From positions 1,120,001 to 1,184,000 of the forward strand of contig CBDCXV010000010.1 of the NCBI GenBank assembly GCA_965223905.1: a stretch of DNA of 64,000 nucleotides, given 5' to 3'. Of the stretch, positions 8,980-19,012 are shown in pieces (within the stretch, counting starts at the first letter, position 1; each line of letters begins with the position of its first letter). A program made the translations under genes and the position numbers. The stretch comes from Candidatus Latescibacterota bacterium (lineage in GTDB: Bacteria; Latescibacterota; UBA2968; UBA8231). The notes under the pieces are model-generated. The model was not told the DNA's origin and searched no databases. It saw only the letters and a program-made list of their open reading frames with translations.

Positions 8980-11900
8980 CTAGTAAGCCACGGCGATTGA
9001 CCGCAGCAACGTGATATCACCAGAGTCGGTCTCCAGTCTTATCTGGCAGATGTAGATGCCGGGCAGCACTTTTTGCCCGCTTGTATCGGTGCCGTCCCAT
9101 GGCATGACCGCTCGTCCACTGCTGACCATCTGCGACCTTTCGTACACCCGGCTGCCATCGAGCTGGTAGATTCGCATCTCGACCCGGCGCCTGGCACTGA
9201 TATCGAGGATGCTCATGTGGACGAGGGTTTCGTCATTGATACCGTCACTGTTGGGCGAGAACGGGTTGGGGGCAATCTCGGACACCTCGATAGCCTTGGT
9301 CTCGAGCGGCAGACCGATGGAGAGCGTATTCCCTTCGCGCAGCTTCGAGGCATCACCGGCTTCGACGTCCTGCCAGAGGGCTGTCGGGTCGGCACCTCCT
9401 GCCGCGTTGCGGACGGCGACGGCGAGGGTGGTGCCGTTCCTGAAGACGGGGGCTGCAAAGCGCACCCGTATCTCAGGGCCTGCGCCGACAACGGTGCCCT
9501 GCTTGTCCCCGGTCAGCCGTCTGTGTCCTGTCGCATCTAGCGAATCACCTTCGACGCCAAAGGGGAACTGCGGCCCGTCGCCGAGCAACACCCGGAAATA
9601 CCGTATGGGCCCCCTCTCTTCTTCCTCCAGCTCGCCCCAGATTAACTGGGGGACCTTATCTCCGACTGAGTCGATTTTCGTCAACCGAATCCTGCCGCCG
9701 GTAATGATCTGGCGAAAGTACAGGATTTTTCCCTGCTCTTCCTCTTCGAGCCCTCCATAGGCTATTGCCGAGAGCGGCAGACCTTCATGGTCCACGGGAA
9801 CCTGGTCGCCGGCAACCGTGACCGCGTTGTATGTCCTCTTGGCCTCGCTCGTGGGGAGTATGTTGACGGTTGAAGAAAATCGCACTCGGATGGAATCGGT
9901 GGAGCTTGTCACTACCTGTAGCTCCTTGCCTTCATCGTCCACGAAGATGCCATCGACCCCGGAGGGGTGGAATTCCTGTTTCGCTGCGCCGGTTTGGGAG
10001 TCGACACCCACGTCGATCCCGAGCAGGTCAACGGGTACTCCCGACGGCATGACCAGCCGCATTTCATCGAAGCCCTTGCTTCGAGATCCCACCGGCCGTT
10101 CGACGAAATGGGTCAGGATGAAGGCCTCGAAGGTGTCCACCCGCCCCGCAACCGCAACCTGCGTCGGCCACAGCTCAGCGAGAAGGTCTTCGCCCACCAA
10201 CTCCGTGAGTCCTATGTCGATGGAGCTGATCGACGCTGCCGCCTCGCGGGCTCGGCTTTTCAGCTTGACCTGGAGCTGGAGAAACTTCCTTCCCCCGGGC
10301 GAGGTGACGGGCACCCCCGGATGCTCATAGTTGCGACTCCAGGCGCTCCAGCCGACGGTGGGTACGAAGGTCGTGTCGGACGTCCGCCAGGAATTGAGCA
10401 GACGATTCCATGTGGCAAGGTCGATCTCGTGGCCGGTATTCTTGTTGTAATAGCGAATTTCCTTCCCGAGAATGTCGCCCGTGCGAGTCTGGACCTCCAG
10501 ATCAGTTCCAGACGGGGTATCGCCGACCCATGAAATGCGGGCTGGAGTGCTCCCGGAGGGAATCTCGATCAAGTCCGAGGTCAATACCGCCTCGGCGACA
10601 TGTCCTCGCGAAAAGAGCCCGTATTCAGCGATGCAGGCACTGGTGTTCGCGAGGTTTTGCAGATCCTTCGTAGTGAAGATTGTCATCTCCAGAAACCGCA
10701 ACTGCCGGGGGGGATCGTACACGTCCATGAGTTGCTTGTAATTGTTCACCGAGTTTTCTGTGCGTTCCGGAGGACTGAGGGGTTCCCAATTGAACCCTCC
10801 GGTCGCGTCGCGGCTGCCGTCTGAGCTGCGGTGTATGTATCCGTCGAAGTCCTGGCACGCGCGACCGAGAATATCCACTGCCGATACACGGACGATGTCC
10901 AGCCAGAAGGTGGCACCGAGGTCGACCGTCAAAATCCCGGCAGGGGCCCCCGGAATCGGGATTTCGTGATCGTAGAAGGTGCTGAAGTCTCCGTCGAAGG
11001 CGAGGGGCGGAGGATTCAAAACGGACGGCACGAGGAGACTGAAATTGCCGCCACCTTCTAGAAGATTCGGGCTGATGTTGTCCCCGAAACCCCACACCTC
11101 GAGGTCGGCCAGGCGGGGGCGCTCGTGACGGTAGTAGACTTTGCTCCCCTGCCGTGCCGCCGGCAATCGGTCGTATTCGTCCTTTTCAATCGGTTCCTCG
11201 ACCCCTTCCGAATCCTTGACAAAATGGAGGACATCGCCTCGATCCCCACTGTCCAGAGCGGTCCATTCCGCCTCGGAAATCTCCGTGTGCCTGCCGCCCC
11301 TGGTGTCGGTCACCACGATCCGGATGGTTTCGACCATTCTGCCCGTCCACCCTGGGGCTGCTTCCAGATTGTCCTGCAGCGGAACCGAGAAAGTCCGGAG
11401 CGCGTTGGGCTTGTCCGTACCCCCCACAACCCGCAACTGCAGCTGCAGTGCATTCTGCGTGACCGGCTCCTGATGGAAAGAAGTCAAGACCTTGAACTGA
11501 CGGAACGGATCGCCCTCCCCCTCGTCTGCGAATTTGAGAACCAGCGAATCCACGGGCACGGTCCGACCGAGGTCCACTTCGATCCACCATCGCTCGATCG
11601 GGTCATCGGAATCCGGCTCCCAGCATGTCGCCTGGATGCCGTCGAGGATATTCGCGGCTGAGTCCGGGTTCGAGCCCACGCGACTGATGCCAGGTTTGAC
11701 GAAATACTCGTAGACGGGCACTTCCCGACCCCCTTTTTTCTGCGTCAGGATCTCGCCCAGCGGGTCGCGCTTCACCGTGCTGTCGATGTTGGGGATGGCA
11801 ATGTCGTCGTTCTGGCGTCTCAGGTCCGGGAGCTTCCGACGGAATGTATTGAGATCGTCGAGGACGTTGTATCGATCCCGGAAGCGCCACGGTTTGACTC

Positions 11901-12135
11901 CCCCGGCAGTCACATCGAGGGCGTGAGTGGGCAGCTTCCAGTTGTGCCAGTGCCCTCTCCCCGCGCTGACGATCACCCGGTCTTCGCCCAGGACCAGGTG
12001 CCCTTTGTTGCTCTGGGGGTGAACGGATTGCGGGGCACCTAGAAACAAGGCCAGTCCCAAGACATGGATGAGTGAGACCGGGACACGGCTTGGCCCGGCG
12101 CCCGTGGCGAGCGCGCAGCTGACAGGCTGCCTCAT
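8980..12135 (-). CDS. Secreted protein with two discoidin-like domains and C-terminal CHU_C/FlgD-Ig hybrid domain (paralogue 2)
   Basis: Start reassigned to ATG 12135 (MRQPVS) because AGGAGG lies 5 nt upstream (12146-12141) and the track's start at 12159 falls inside the intron. WIEVDLG and LTVDLG discoidin motifs; PNPFSPNSDGINDE...WDGTD..G..VLPGIY...IAVAY. Confidence 0.8.
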   Translation of the reverse strand: MRQPVSCALATGAGPSRVPVSLIHVLGLALFLGAPQSVHPQSNKGHLVLGEDRVIVSAGRGHWHNWKLPTHALDVTAGGVKPWRFRDRYNVLDDLNTFRRKLPDLRRQNDDIAIPNIDSTVKRDPLGEILTQKKGGREVPVYEYFVKPGISRVGSNPDSAANILDGIQATCWEPDSDDPIERWWIEVDLGRTVPVDSLVLKFADEGEGDPFRQFKVLTSFHQEPVTQNALQLQLRVVGGTDKPNALRTFSVPLQDNLEAAPGWTGRMVETIRIVVTDTRGGRHTEISEAEWTALDSGDRGDVLHFVKDSEGVEEPIEKDEYDRLPAARQGSKVYYRHERPRLADLEVWGFGDNISPNLLEGGGNFSLLVPSVLNPPPLAFDGDFSTFYDHEIPIPGAPAGILTVDLGATFWLDIVRVSAVDILGRACQDFDGYIHRSSDGSRDATGGFNWEPLSPPERTENSVNNYKQLMDVYDPPRQLRFLEMTIFTTKDLQNLANTSACIAEYGLFSRGHVAEAVLTSDLIEIPSGSTPARISWVGDTPSGTDLEVQTRTGDILGKEIRYYNKNTGHEIDLATWNRLLNSWRTSDTTFVPTVGWSAWSRNYEHPGVPVTSPGGRKFLQLQVKLKSRAREAAASISSIDIGLTELVGEDLLAELWPTQVAVAGRVDTFEAFILTHFVERPVGSRSKGFDEMRLVMPSGVPVDLLGIDVGVDSQTGAAKQEFHPSGVDGIFVDDEGKELQVVTSSTDSIRVRFSSTVNILPTSEAKRTYNAVTVAGDQVPVDHEGLPLSAIAYGGLEEEEQGKILYFRQIITGGRIRLTKIDSVGDKVPQLIWGELEEEERGPIRYFRVLLGDGPQFPFGVEGDSLDATGHRRLTGDKQGTVVGAGPEIRVRFAAPVFRNGTTLAVAVRNAAGGADPTALWQDVEAGDASKLREGNTLSIGLPLETKAIEVSEIAPNPFSPNSDGINDETLVHMSILDISARRRVEMRIYQLDGSRVYERSQMVSSGRAVMPWDGTDTSGQKVLPGIYICQIRLETDSGDITLLRSIAVAY

Positions 12136-12140
12136 GTGTG

Positions 12141-12146
12141 CCTCCT
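12141..12146 (-). promoter_or_regulatory. Shine-Dalgarno AGGAGG of the 12135 gene; on the + strand it forms the intron 5' exon end (IBS1)
   Basis: Minus strand reads AGGAGG-cacac-ATG. Plus-strand CCTCCT abuts the intron 5' GTGCG. Confidence 0.8.
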
Positions 12147-14072
12147 GTGCGCCGGTCACACCGGCGAGGTGTTAGAGGTGAAAGTCCTTTGTGTTGAAGG
12201 TGTAGCGAACCACGACAGCCCCGAGTCATGCGTGTGCGCCGGTAACGGCGCAGGCGAAGCGTTGGCAGGGGGGAGCGTAGGTCCGGTATGGAGCCGCGAA
12301 AGAAATGAATCCCTTTCGGGTGGCCGACCCGTTAGGAGGCGAGGGAAGGCCCCATCGGTGGGCGCGATATCGCCAGCGTCCATCGGACCCGGCGCGGTCA
12401 GAGGCCCGGCGCAGGCGCCCAGGCACCTCGTACGGGAACCGGGAGGTCCGGCGGTTGGCCCGGGGGGATGGTCCCCGGGTCCGCATCGGGAACCCGAAAG
12501 GGGCACGCCGATGACGCACGACCGCCGGAAGTCGGACAGCCCCATACAACCGGGGAACCCCGCGCACAAGGGGGGTCAGTCCGCTGCGCCCCCGGCGGAG
12601 CGGGGGGAGGGAAGGGGGCTGGGCAAGGGGAACGCGAGCGAGCACCCCAGGTCCCGGGCGCAGATCCGGACCGACCTGCACCAGGCGCTCGAACGCGTAC
12701 GACAAGCAGCGGTTCGAGACAGGGAGTTGCCGTTCACGACGCTGTGGCATCACGTCTAGACCATCGAGCGCCTCCGGGAGGCCTACCTCGGCCTCAAGCG
12801 GCAGGCCGCACCGGGGGTCGATCGCATGACGTGGAGCGAGTACGGGCAGGGGTTGGAAGCACGTCTTCAGGACCTGTCGGCCCGGCTCAAGCGCGGCGCG
12901 TATCGAGCCAAACCGGTCAAACGGACGTACATCCCGAAAGGAGACGGAGGCAGGAGACCGCTGGGCCTTGCGGCGCTGGAGGACAAGATCGTCCAGAAGG
13001 CGACCGTGGAGGTGCTCAATGCGGTCTACGAAGTCGATTTTCTGGGATTCTCGTATGGGTATCGACCGGGGCGCAGCCCGCACAGGGCGCTGGATGCGTT
13101 GGCGGTGGGGATCCAACACCGCAAAGTGAACTGGGTACTCGACGCGGACATCCGTGGGTTCTTCGACACCATCGACCACGAAGGGCTGATGAGGTTCGTC
13201 GAGCACCGTGTGCGGGACCGACGCGTGGTGCGCCACCTCAGGAAGTGGCTCAACGCGGGGGTCCTGGAAGAGGGCAGACGTATCGACGCAGAGGCAGGGA
13301 TGCCCCAGGGGGCCAGCATTTCGCCCCTGTTGGCAAACATCTACCTGCACTACGTCTTCGACCTGTGGGCGCAACGATGGCGAAAGCGACGCGCGCAAGG
13401 GGAGGTACTCCTGGTGCGCTACGCGGACGACCTCGTGGCCCGCTTTCAACACCGAGCCGACGCCGAGGCGTTCGGCGCCGACCTGGCCGCGCGGCTGGCG
13501 AGGTTTTCCCTGCAGCTGCACCCGGACAAGACGCGACGGATCGAGTTCGGGCGCTTTGCCGCGGAAAACCGGCGCCGACGGGGCGAAGGGAAACCCGAAA
13601 CGTTCGATTTTCTCGGGTTTACCCACAGCTGCGACCAGACGCGCCGGGGCAAGTTCATCGTCCTGAGACAGACGGCCAAGGAGCGGATGCGGCGAAAGCT
13701 CAAAGAGGTCAAGGCGATCCTCCAACGGCGGATGCATGACCCCGTAGCCGAAGTGGCGTGCTACCTCCGCCGCGTGATCACCGGGCACCTGAACTATATG
13801 GCGTGCCCCGGAATGGTCCGGCGCTGTGCGCGTTCATCAAGGGCATCGCCATCCATTGGTAGCGGGCCCTCAAGCGACGGAGCCACAAAACCAGGGTCAC
13901 GGGGCGGCGCATGAAGGATCTCTGGTACCAACTGTTGCCTCCTCCGCGCATCACTCACCCCTATCCCGAACAGCGCTTTGCCGTCATGACCCGAGGCAGG
14001 AGCCCAGTGCGGTAACTCCGCTCGTTGGGATCTGTGGAGGGGGTGGTCAGTAATGGTCATTCCTACTCCGAC
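12147..14072 (+). mobile_element. Group II intron (IIB-type, resembles bacterial class E), inserted antisense to the host operon
   Basis: 5' GTGCG at 12147 followed by GGTGAAAGTCC. Domain V GAGCCCAGTGCGGTAACTCCGCTCGTTGGGATC from 14000; domain VI ending CCTACTCCGAC at 14072; internal RT ORF. Confidence 0.9.
12511..14015 (+). pseudogene. ltrA: Group II intron reverse transcriptase/maturase, inactivated
   Basis: AAPGVD, YIPKGDG..RPLG, GFSYGYRPGRS, DADIRGFFD, GMPQG..ISPLLANIYL, RYADD, FDFLGF. In-frame TAG at 12757-12759, a 1-nt frameshift near 13797 (GHLNY|YGVP) and a second TAG at 13860-13862. Tail ...PRITHPYP...SPVR* ends at 14015. Confidence 0.9.
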
Positions 14073-14092
14073 GCGGAACTGCTGACGTGGCG

Positions 14093-15745
14093 TCAACCTT
14101 CCAAAAGACTTTCGGGCAGTGCTTCGGCAAGACGGGACTCGAACACCCTGACCTCGGCGGCGTATTTGTCGCGCAGCTGTCCCAGCAACTCCTCGAAGCC
14201 TTCCTTTGCTTTTTGCACCAGCAGCAGCTGCGTGGCCTGTTGCTTCACCGTTGCATACGGTTGCTGCGTCTGTGGCTCCTTGCGCAGCACGGTGAATATC
14301 GACCATCCCCCCTTCACTTCGACGGGACCGACGATCTCCCCCTCAGGTGCTGCCATGATGGCCGCCAAGAGCCTGGGATATATGATCCTTTCGCGATTAT
14401 GAAAGTGAAATTGGCCCGTGGACTCCCGGGCCCCCTCCCTCAAGCTGCTGATCGTGAAGTCCTCCCAGGGCTCTCCCGCTACCAGCCGCCGATGCACCTC
14501 CTCCGCCTCGTCCCTGGTGGAGGACAGCACCTCCTTGATATAGACCGAAAGCTCGGTCATGAACAATTCGGGGTGGCTGTCGTAATACTCCCTCACTTGC
14601 TCCTCGGATAGGCTTACGCGTTCGGGCACGGCGGACTTCCTCATCGCTTCGAGCAGGGTTTGCTCCACGGTTTGCTCCTCGAACTCGCGGACGTCAAGTC
14701 TGTCGTACAACCCGGCCTGCCGGGCGGCCGCGTCGAACAGGGCGGGACGGAGGACCAACTCCTCGAGGGTGGAGACGGTCTTTGCGCTGTCCGCCAGCTG
14801 TTGGAAATGGTCCGGCCGCCCCATGACTTCGTAGGCCTCGGCGACCGTTATCTCGCCACCCTCGAATCCGTACAGTACGACCCCGCTCTTTTCCGCTGCA
14901 GCGGTCTCCTTGTCGCGATAGGCCTCCCGGAGTTCGGTCAATCCCTCCGGATGAAGCCTGACCCGAAAGGACTCCCTGAGCGCTTCGAAGTGCTCCCCTG
15001 CCAGCTGGGATATTTTGCCCCCCAGGAGGTGATGCCTTGCCGCAAACCGGTACTTTTCAAACGGTACCGGGCGTTCTTGTGTGAATCGGAGGACGGACCA
15101 ATCGTTCGCTACACGCTGAGGTTTTGAGACCTCACCCAGGGGCAGAGAGACGAAGAGATCCGGTGGGATGCCGACCTTCGCTATATTGTACCGGTCCACC
15201 CACGTAAAGTGCCCTCCCGCGCTGGCGGAGCGCTCCTCCACGGAATACTCACGGGCTACTTCCTCGAAAGGACGGCCCGCCTCCAGTTCACCCACGACCT
15301 TGTCGATGTCTGCTCGAGTTTTCACCACAATCGCGGTGAACCAGCGTTCGATCTGGAAGCCGTGATGGGCGGAGAATGCGCGCAGCTCCTCCTCCGGGAC
15401 CTCGATTTTCGACAGGATCTTGTTATAGCGGTAGAGGGCCCGCACCTTCGTGTCGACCACATTCCGGACCGACTCCCGCACCGTCAAGGTCGTGTCCAGA
15501 CCACGGGATTTGGCCTCCATCAGCAACAGGCGGCCGTCTATGAGGGACTGCAGGTAGTGTCGCCGTGCTGCCTCGCCTGTTTTCTCTGTGCGCAATCCAG
15601 GCGCCAAACGGCTGACGAATTCTCGCAAGGCGGAGGGCGTAATCTCGTGCGATCCCACCACGGCCACCACGTCGTCCTGCTTCGGTTGACTGCAGCAGAC
15701 CAGCAGGCTTGTGAAAACGGCTATGGCGATCTGGACGTAAACCAT
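14093..15745 (-). CDS. Lipoprotein foldase with two PpiC/parvulin-type PPIase domains (PrsA/SurA-like)
   Basis: Lipobox-like LLVCC; VAVVGSHEIT; FEEVAREYS..SASAGG; EVSKP; second domain GEIVGPVEVKGGWSIF. Confidence 0.8.
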   Translation of the reverse strand: MVYVQIAIAVFTSLLVCCSQPKQDDVVAVVGSHEITPSALREFVSRLAPGLRTEKTGEAARRHYLQSLIDGRLLLMEAKSRGLDTTLTVRESVRNVVDTKVRALYRYNKILSKIEVPEEELRAFSAHHGFQIERWFTAIVVKTRADIDKVVGELEAGRPFEEVAREYSVEERSASAGGHFTWVDRYNIAKVGIPPDLFVSLPLGEVSKPQRVANDWSVLRFTQERPVPFEKYRFAARHHLLGGKISQLAGEHFEALRESFRVRLHPEGLTELREAYRDKETAAAEKSGVVLYGFEGGEITVAEAYEVMGRPDHFQQLADSAKTVSTLEELVLRPALFDAAARQAGLYDRLDVREFEEQTVEQTLLEAMRKSAVPERVSLSEEQVREYYDSHPELFMTELSVYIKEVLSSTRDEAEEVHRRLVAGEPWEDFTISSLREGARESTGQFHFHNRERIIYPRLLAAIMAAPEGEIVGPVEVKGGWSIFTVLRKEPQTQQPYATVKQQATQLLLVQKAKEGFEELLGQLRDKYAAEVRVFESRLAEALPESLLEG

Positions 15746-15929
15746 GCTTGTGCTCTCCTCACGCGTTGCGTGAATAGGTGACTGAATGCTACCGTACGAC
15801 CACTACCTGCTTTTCCCAGCCTATCCCTTCCTTACCCACCAATTGGTGGAATCGTACTCGATATTGTACCCTCAGAACAAGATGCCAAGAGTACCGGCTT
15901 AGGTCGTCAATCCGCGAATCGTATCGCCT

Positions 15930-18785
15930 TCAGCGCCGGCGCGCCCCAAGCAGGTGCTCCAGTTGCCTGCGAGTCCCACTCAACGACGGATCGACCTCGA
16001 GGGCTGCTCTGTAGGCGTCGATGGCCTCGTCCATCTTGCCCTGGGCGGCGTAGACCTCACCGAGGTTGCTGATGGTCGGGGCCAGTCCCGGTCTCAACCG
16101 TATAGCTTTCTGGTAGGCCTGCACGGCTGCTTCGAGTAGCCCCGACTCGAAATACGCCCGCCCCAAATCACTGAGGGCCTCCACGAGGCTCGGGTCGACT
16201 TGACCGGCCTTAATGTAGGCCTCTATGGCCCGCGTGAGATACCCCTTGTAGTGGAACGCGGCACCCATTCCATAGTGCGCCATACCATGGCCGGGATCGA
16301 GCTTGACGGCCTTCCCGAATGAGGCAAGGGCCTCGTCGTAGCGCCCTTGCTTGACGTATGCCCGACCCAGGCGGTAGCGCCATTCCGCTACATCCGGATA
16401 CTGCCTGATCTTGTCCTCGTACAGGTCCACCTGGTCCTGCACAGGCTGCAGCCGTTCGAAAATCCGTTGCTCCCGTTCAGACGCCTCTCGTTGAGCTTCA
16501 ATCTCGTACAACCGGACCAGCTGCAGGTGCGGCGCCGGCGCGTAGGGAGCCACCTTCGCCGCCCTCTTGAACGCTTTTTCTGCGGCCACCGTGTTCCTGA
16601 GGCGCAGATAGGCGAGTCCCATCCGGGCGTAACTTTGCCAGGGCGATGGATCCAGGGCGATGGACCGCTTCAGTGATTCTATGGCCCTTTCAGGCTCGTC
16701 GAGAGCCAGATAGACCGCCCCCAAGAGCGCCTGGATTTCCGCCCATGAGGAATCCAGTTGGACCGCCTCTTCGAGGACAGATGCTGCTTCCCTGGGTCTG
16801 CCCAGACCGGCATGGAGAGTGACCCCCAGGGCGTAATAGGCCTGCATGTAGTCGGGACGCAGCTGAATCGCACCCCTCAACAAGCCCAGGGCCTCCTCGT
16901 GACGTCCCTGGTCGTAGAGCCCGGTCCCGCGTGCGTAATGCTCGTCCGCCGTCAGCCTGGAGTTCACGACGTGGGTGCTCGGCACCTCCGGCTCGGGCCC
17001 CAGCGCCGATGTTGTGACCTCAGTCGCGACAGGCTGCTGCTTCGCGCCCGGCCCGGCGTACATGGCGATCACATCTTCCACTCCCTCCCGCACTACGAGA
17101 TAGTTGCGCAGCTGTGGATCCTCGAGCACCTGCTGACTCCCCGATGGCCAGCGAATTTCTATGCGGTCCACCCGCTCGTTCCCGCCCAGGCCGAAGACAA
17201 GCCGCGGATCGTGCTGTGACTGGAACCCGTATCCGCGATGCACCTCCCGCACCTGAGCCAAAGTGCCGGCCACCACCCGTACCCGCGCTCCGATGGCGTC
17301 CCGGTTGCTCTGGGCACCCTCGAGCTGCAGACCGAACCAGTTGTTGCCGTTGCCGCCGTCGTTCCGCAGCAAGGACGGCTTGTCGTTCAGGTTCATCAGC
17401 AGCACATCCACGTCGCCATCGTTGTCGTAGTCCCCGAGAGCCGCGGCCCTGGTCACCTTGGCGATGGCCCAGCCGGGACCGGTCTCTCGCCCTGCTTCGG
17501 CATAGCGGCCGTGCTCATTGTGATAGATCAGGTTGCGCTGCGCATAGCGCATGCCGGAGGGGTACTGCTCCAGCTGCGGGTACAGATGCCCGCAGGCTGT
17601 GAACAGGTCGAGCCAGCCGTCGTTGTCGTAGTCGAAAAAGCCGTTGCTCCAACACAGCAGAGGGCGCACCATCTCGAACAGGCCGGCAGCGAACGTCATG
17701 TCCGCAAAGGTGCCCTCGCCCTGGTTCTGGTAGAGGGTGTTCACGTCGTCGGAGAAATTGCTGACTACCAAGTCCAGATCCCCGTCGTTGTCGTAATCAC
17801 CGCTGGCCGCGCCCATGCCGGCCTGGCTCCTGCCGTCTTCGCTGTAGGCCACGCCGGCCACAACCCCGACCTCCGCCAATTGCCAGTCCCCGTCGTTGCG
17901 CAATAGCAGATTGGGCGCCGTATCATTGGCCACGTAAATGTCGAGATCCCCGTCATCGTCGTAGTCGCCGAAGACGACTCCGAGTCCCGGATGGGCCACC
18001 CGGTCCAAGCCTGTGGCCGCGCTCATATTCGTGAAGCTGCCGTCCTTGTTGTTCCGGTAGAGCACGTCTGGTTGGTGCGGCATGGCATCGGGACCGGCCA
18101 TGACGTCGAGCCCCTTGTAGAGTCCAATACCCGGCGGGTTCGCCAGGTCGAACCCGAGATAGTTGGTGACATACAGATCCAGAAAGCCATCCCCGTCCAC
18201 ATCCCCGAAGGCTGCGCTCGATCCCCATCTCTCATCGGCCACACCGGCGCTCTCGGCGAGCTCGACGAAGCCGCCATCACCGTCGTTGCGATAGAGCCGG
18301 TTGGGTCCCCAGTAAGTCACGTAGAGGTCGGGATCACCGTCATTGTCGTAGTCTCCCACGGCACAACCCATCCCCCAGCCGGTGTGGCCGATGCCGGCCT
18401 TTTCGGTCACCTCCCGGAAGACACGCCTGTCCTCGCCCTCCCGTCCTGGCGCTGGTCGATTGTGGTACAGTCTGTTCGTGGCACCTTCCACGGGACCGTC
18501 CAGCCTCGTGCCGTTGACGACGAACAGATCCAGCCACCCGTCGACGTCGTAGTCCAGGAAGGCGGCCCCGGCCGACATGCTTTCCAGCACGTACATCTGA
18601 GTCGGGCCGCCAGACACGTTCTCGAAATCCAGTCCCGCCTCCTCACTTACATCCACGAACTGGACGTGTCCCCGTGTCGACACGCCATCCATCCCGCCGT
18701 CGTCTTGCCCCGAGCGTTGGGAACAACCCGGGACGAGGATGAGGCCGATGAGACAGGTTATTGACTTGGCTTTCAGGTTGGACAT
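15930..18785 (-). CDS. CRTAC1-like FG-GAP propeller + ASPIC/UnbV domain + C-terminal TPR array, lipoprotein
   Basis: Start reassigned to MSNLKAK (AGGAAG upstream, lipobox VPGC). Repeated GDYDNDGDxDL; NRDAIGARV...DPRLVFGLG...IEIRWPSG (ASPIC/UnbV); about 9 TPRs. Confidence 0.88.
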   Translation of the reverse strand: MSNLKAKSITCLIGLILVPGCSQRSGQDDGGMDGVSTRGHVQFVDVSEEAGLDFENVSGGPTQMYVLESMSAGAAFLDYDVDGWLDLFVVNGTRLDGPVEGATNRLYHNRPAPGREGEDRRVFREVTEKAGIGHTGWGMGCAVGDYDNDGDPDLYVTYWGPNRLYRNDGDGGFVELAESAGVADERWGSSAAFGDVDGDGFLDLYVTNYLGFDLANPPGIGLYKGLDVMAGPDAMPHQPDVLYRNNKDGSFTNMSAATGLDRVAHPGLGVVFGDYDDDGDLDIYVANDTAPNLLLRNDGDWQLAEVGVVAGVAYSEDGRSQAGMGAASGDYDNDGDLDLVVSNFSDDVNTLYQNQGEGTFADMTFAAGLFEMVRPLLCWSNGFFDYDNDGWLDLFTACGHLYPQLEQYPSGMRYAQRNLIYHNEHGRYAEAGRETGPGWAIAKVTRAAALGDYDNDGDVDVLLMNLNDKPSLLRNDGGNGNNWFGLQLEGAQSNRDAIGARVRVVAGTLAQVREVHRGYGFQSQHDPRLVFGLGGNERVDRIEIRWPSGSQQVLEDPQLRNYLVVREGVEDVIAMYAGPGAKQQPVATEVTTSALGPEPEVPSTHVVNSRLTADEHYARGTGLYDQGRHEEALGLLRGAIQLRPDYMQAYYALGVTLHAGLGRPREAASVLEEAVQLDSSWAEIQALLGAVYLALDEPERAIESLKRSIALDPSPWQSYARMGLAYLRLRNTVAAEKAFKRAAKVAPYAPAPHLQLVRLYEIEAQREASEREQRIFERLQPVQDQVDLYEDKIRQYPDVAEWRYRLGRAYVKQGRYDEALASFGKAVKLDPGHGMAHYGMGAAFHYKGYLTRAIEAYIKAGQVDPSLVEALSDLGRAYFESGLLEAAVQAYQKAIRLRPGLAPTISNLGEVYAAQGKMDEAIDAYRAALEVDPSLSGTRRQLEHLLGARRR

Positions 18786-19012
18786 ACTTCCTGGCCCAGG
18801 ACATTCATCTTTCGTCGCCATAGTGATCCTATACAGCCTCTTAAGTAATCGCTGCCTGTAAGCGCAACTATTCATGACGCCGTGTGCCATGTATGACAGT
18901 CGTGGTTTCTTATGTATTGTGTGACGCATGAAATAGAAACGCCTGGCTCGATAACACCGTGTGCTGCGCCCCTCGGCTTGGCGCCATTTGACGAAGGTAG
19001 TCAGTTGCAAGA

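Noticed and set aside
12136-12140. Alternative intron 5' end at GTGTG
   Set aside because: GTGCG at 12147 gives perfect EBS1/IBS1 pairing and restores an intact SD-ATG when the intron is removed.
12757-13862. Amber read-through or recoding suggested by two in-frame TAGs in the RT
   Set aside because: The gene also has a frameshift, and neighbouring genes (ends at 6269 and 8980) use TAG as a normal stop. Decay is the simpler explanation.
12826-13914. RT as part of a retron, DGR or CRISPR-RT system
   Set aside because: It is flanked by canonical group II 5' end, DV and DVI, and I saw no template/variable repeat pair, array or cas gene.
17300-18560. Recurring GTCGTTGTCGTAGTC-like DNA repeats as a possible array
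   Set aside because: They encode the DYDNDGD FG-GAP protein repeats, with irregular spacing and no CRISPR structure.
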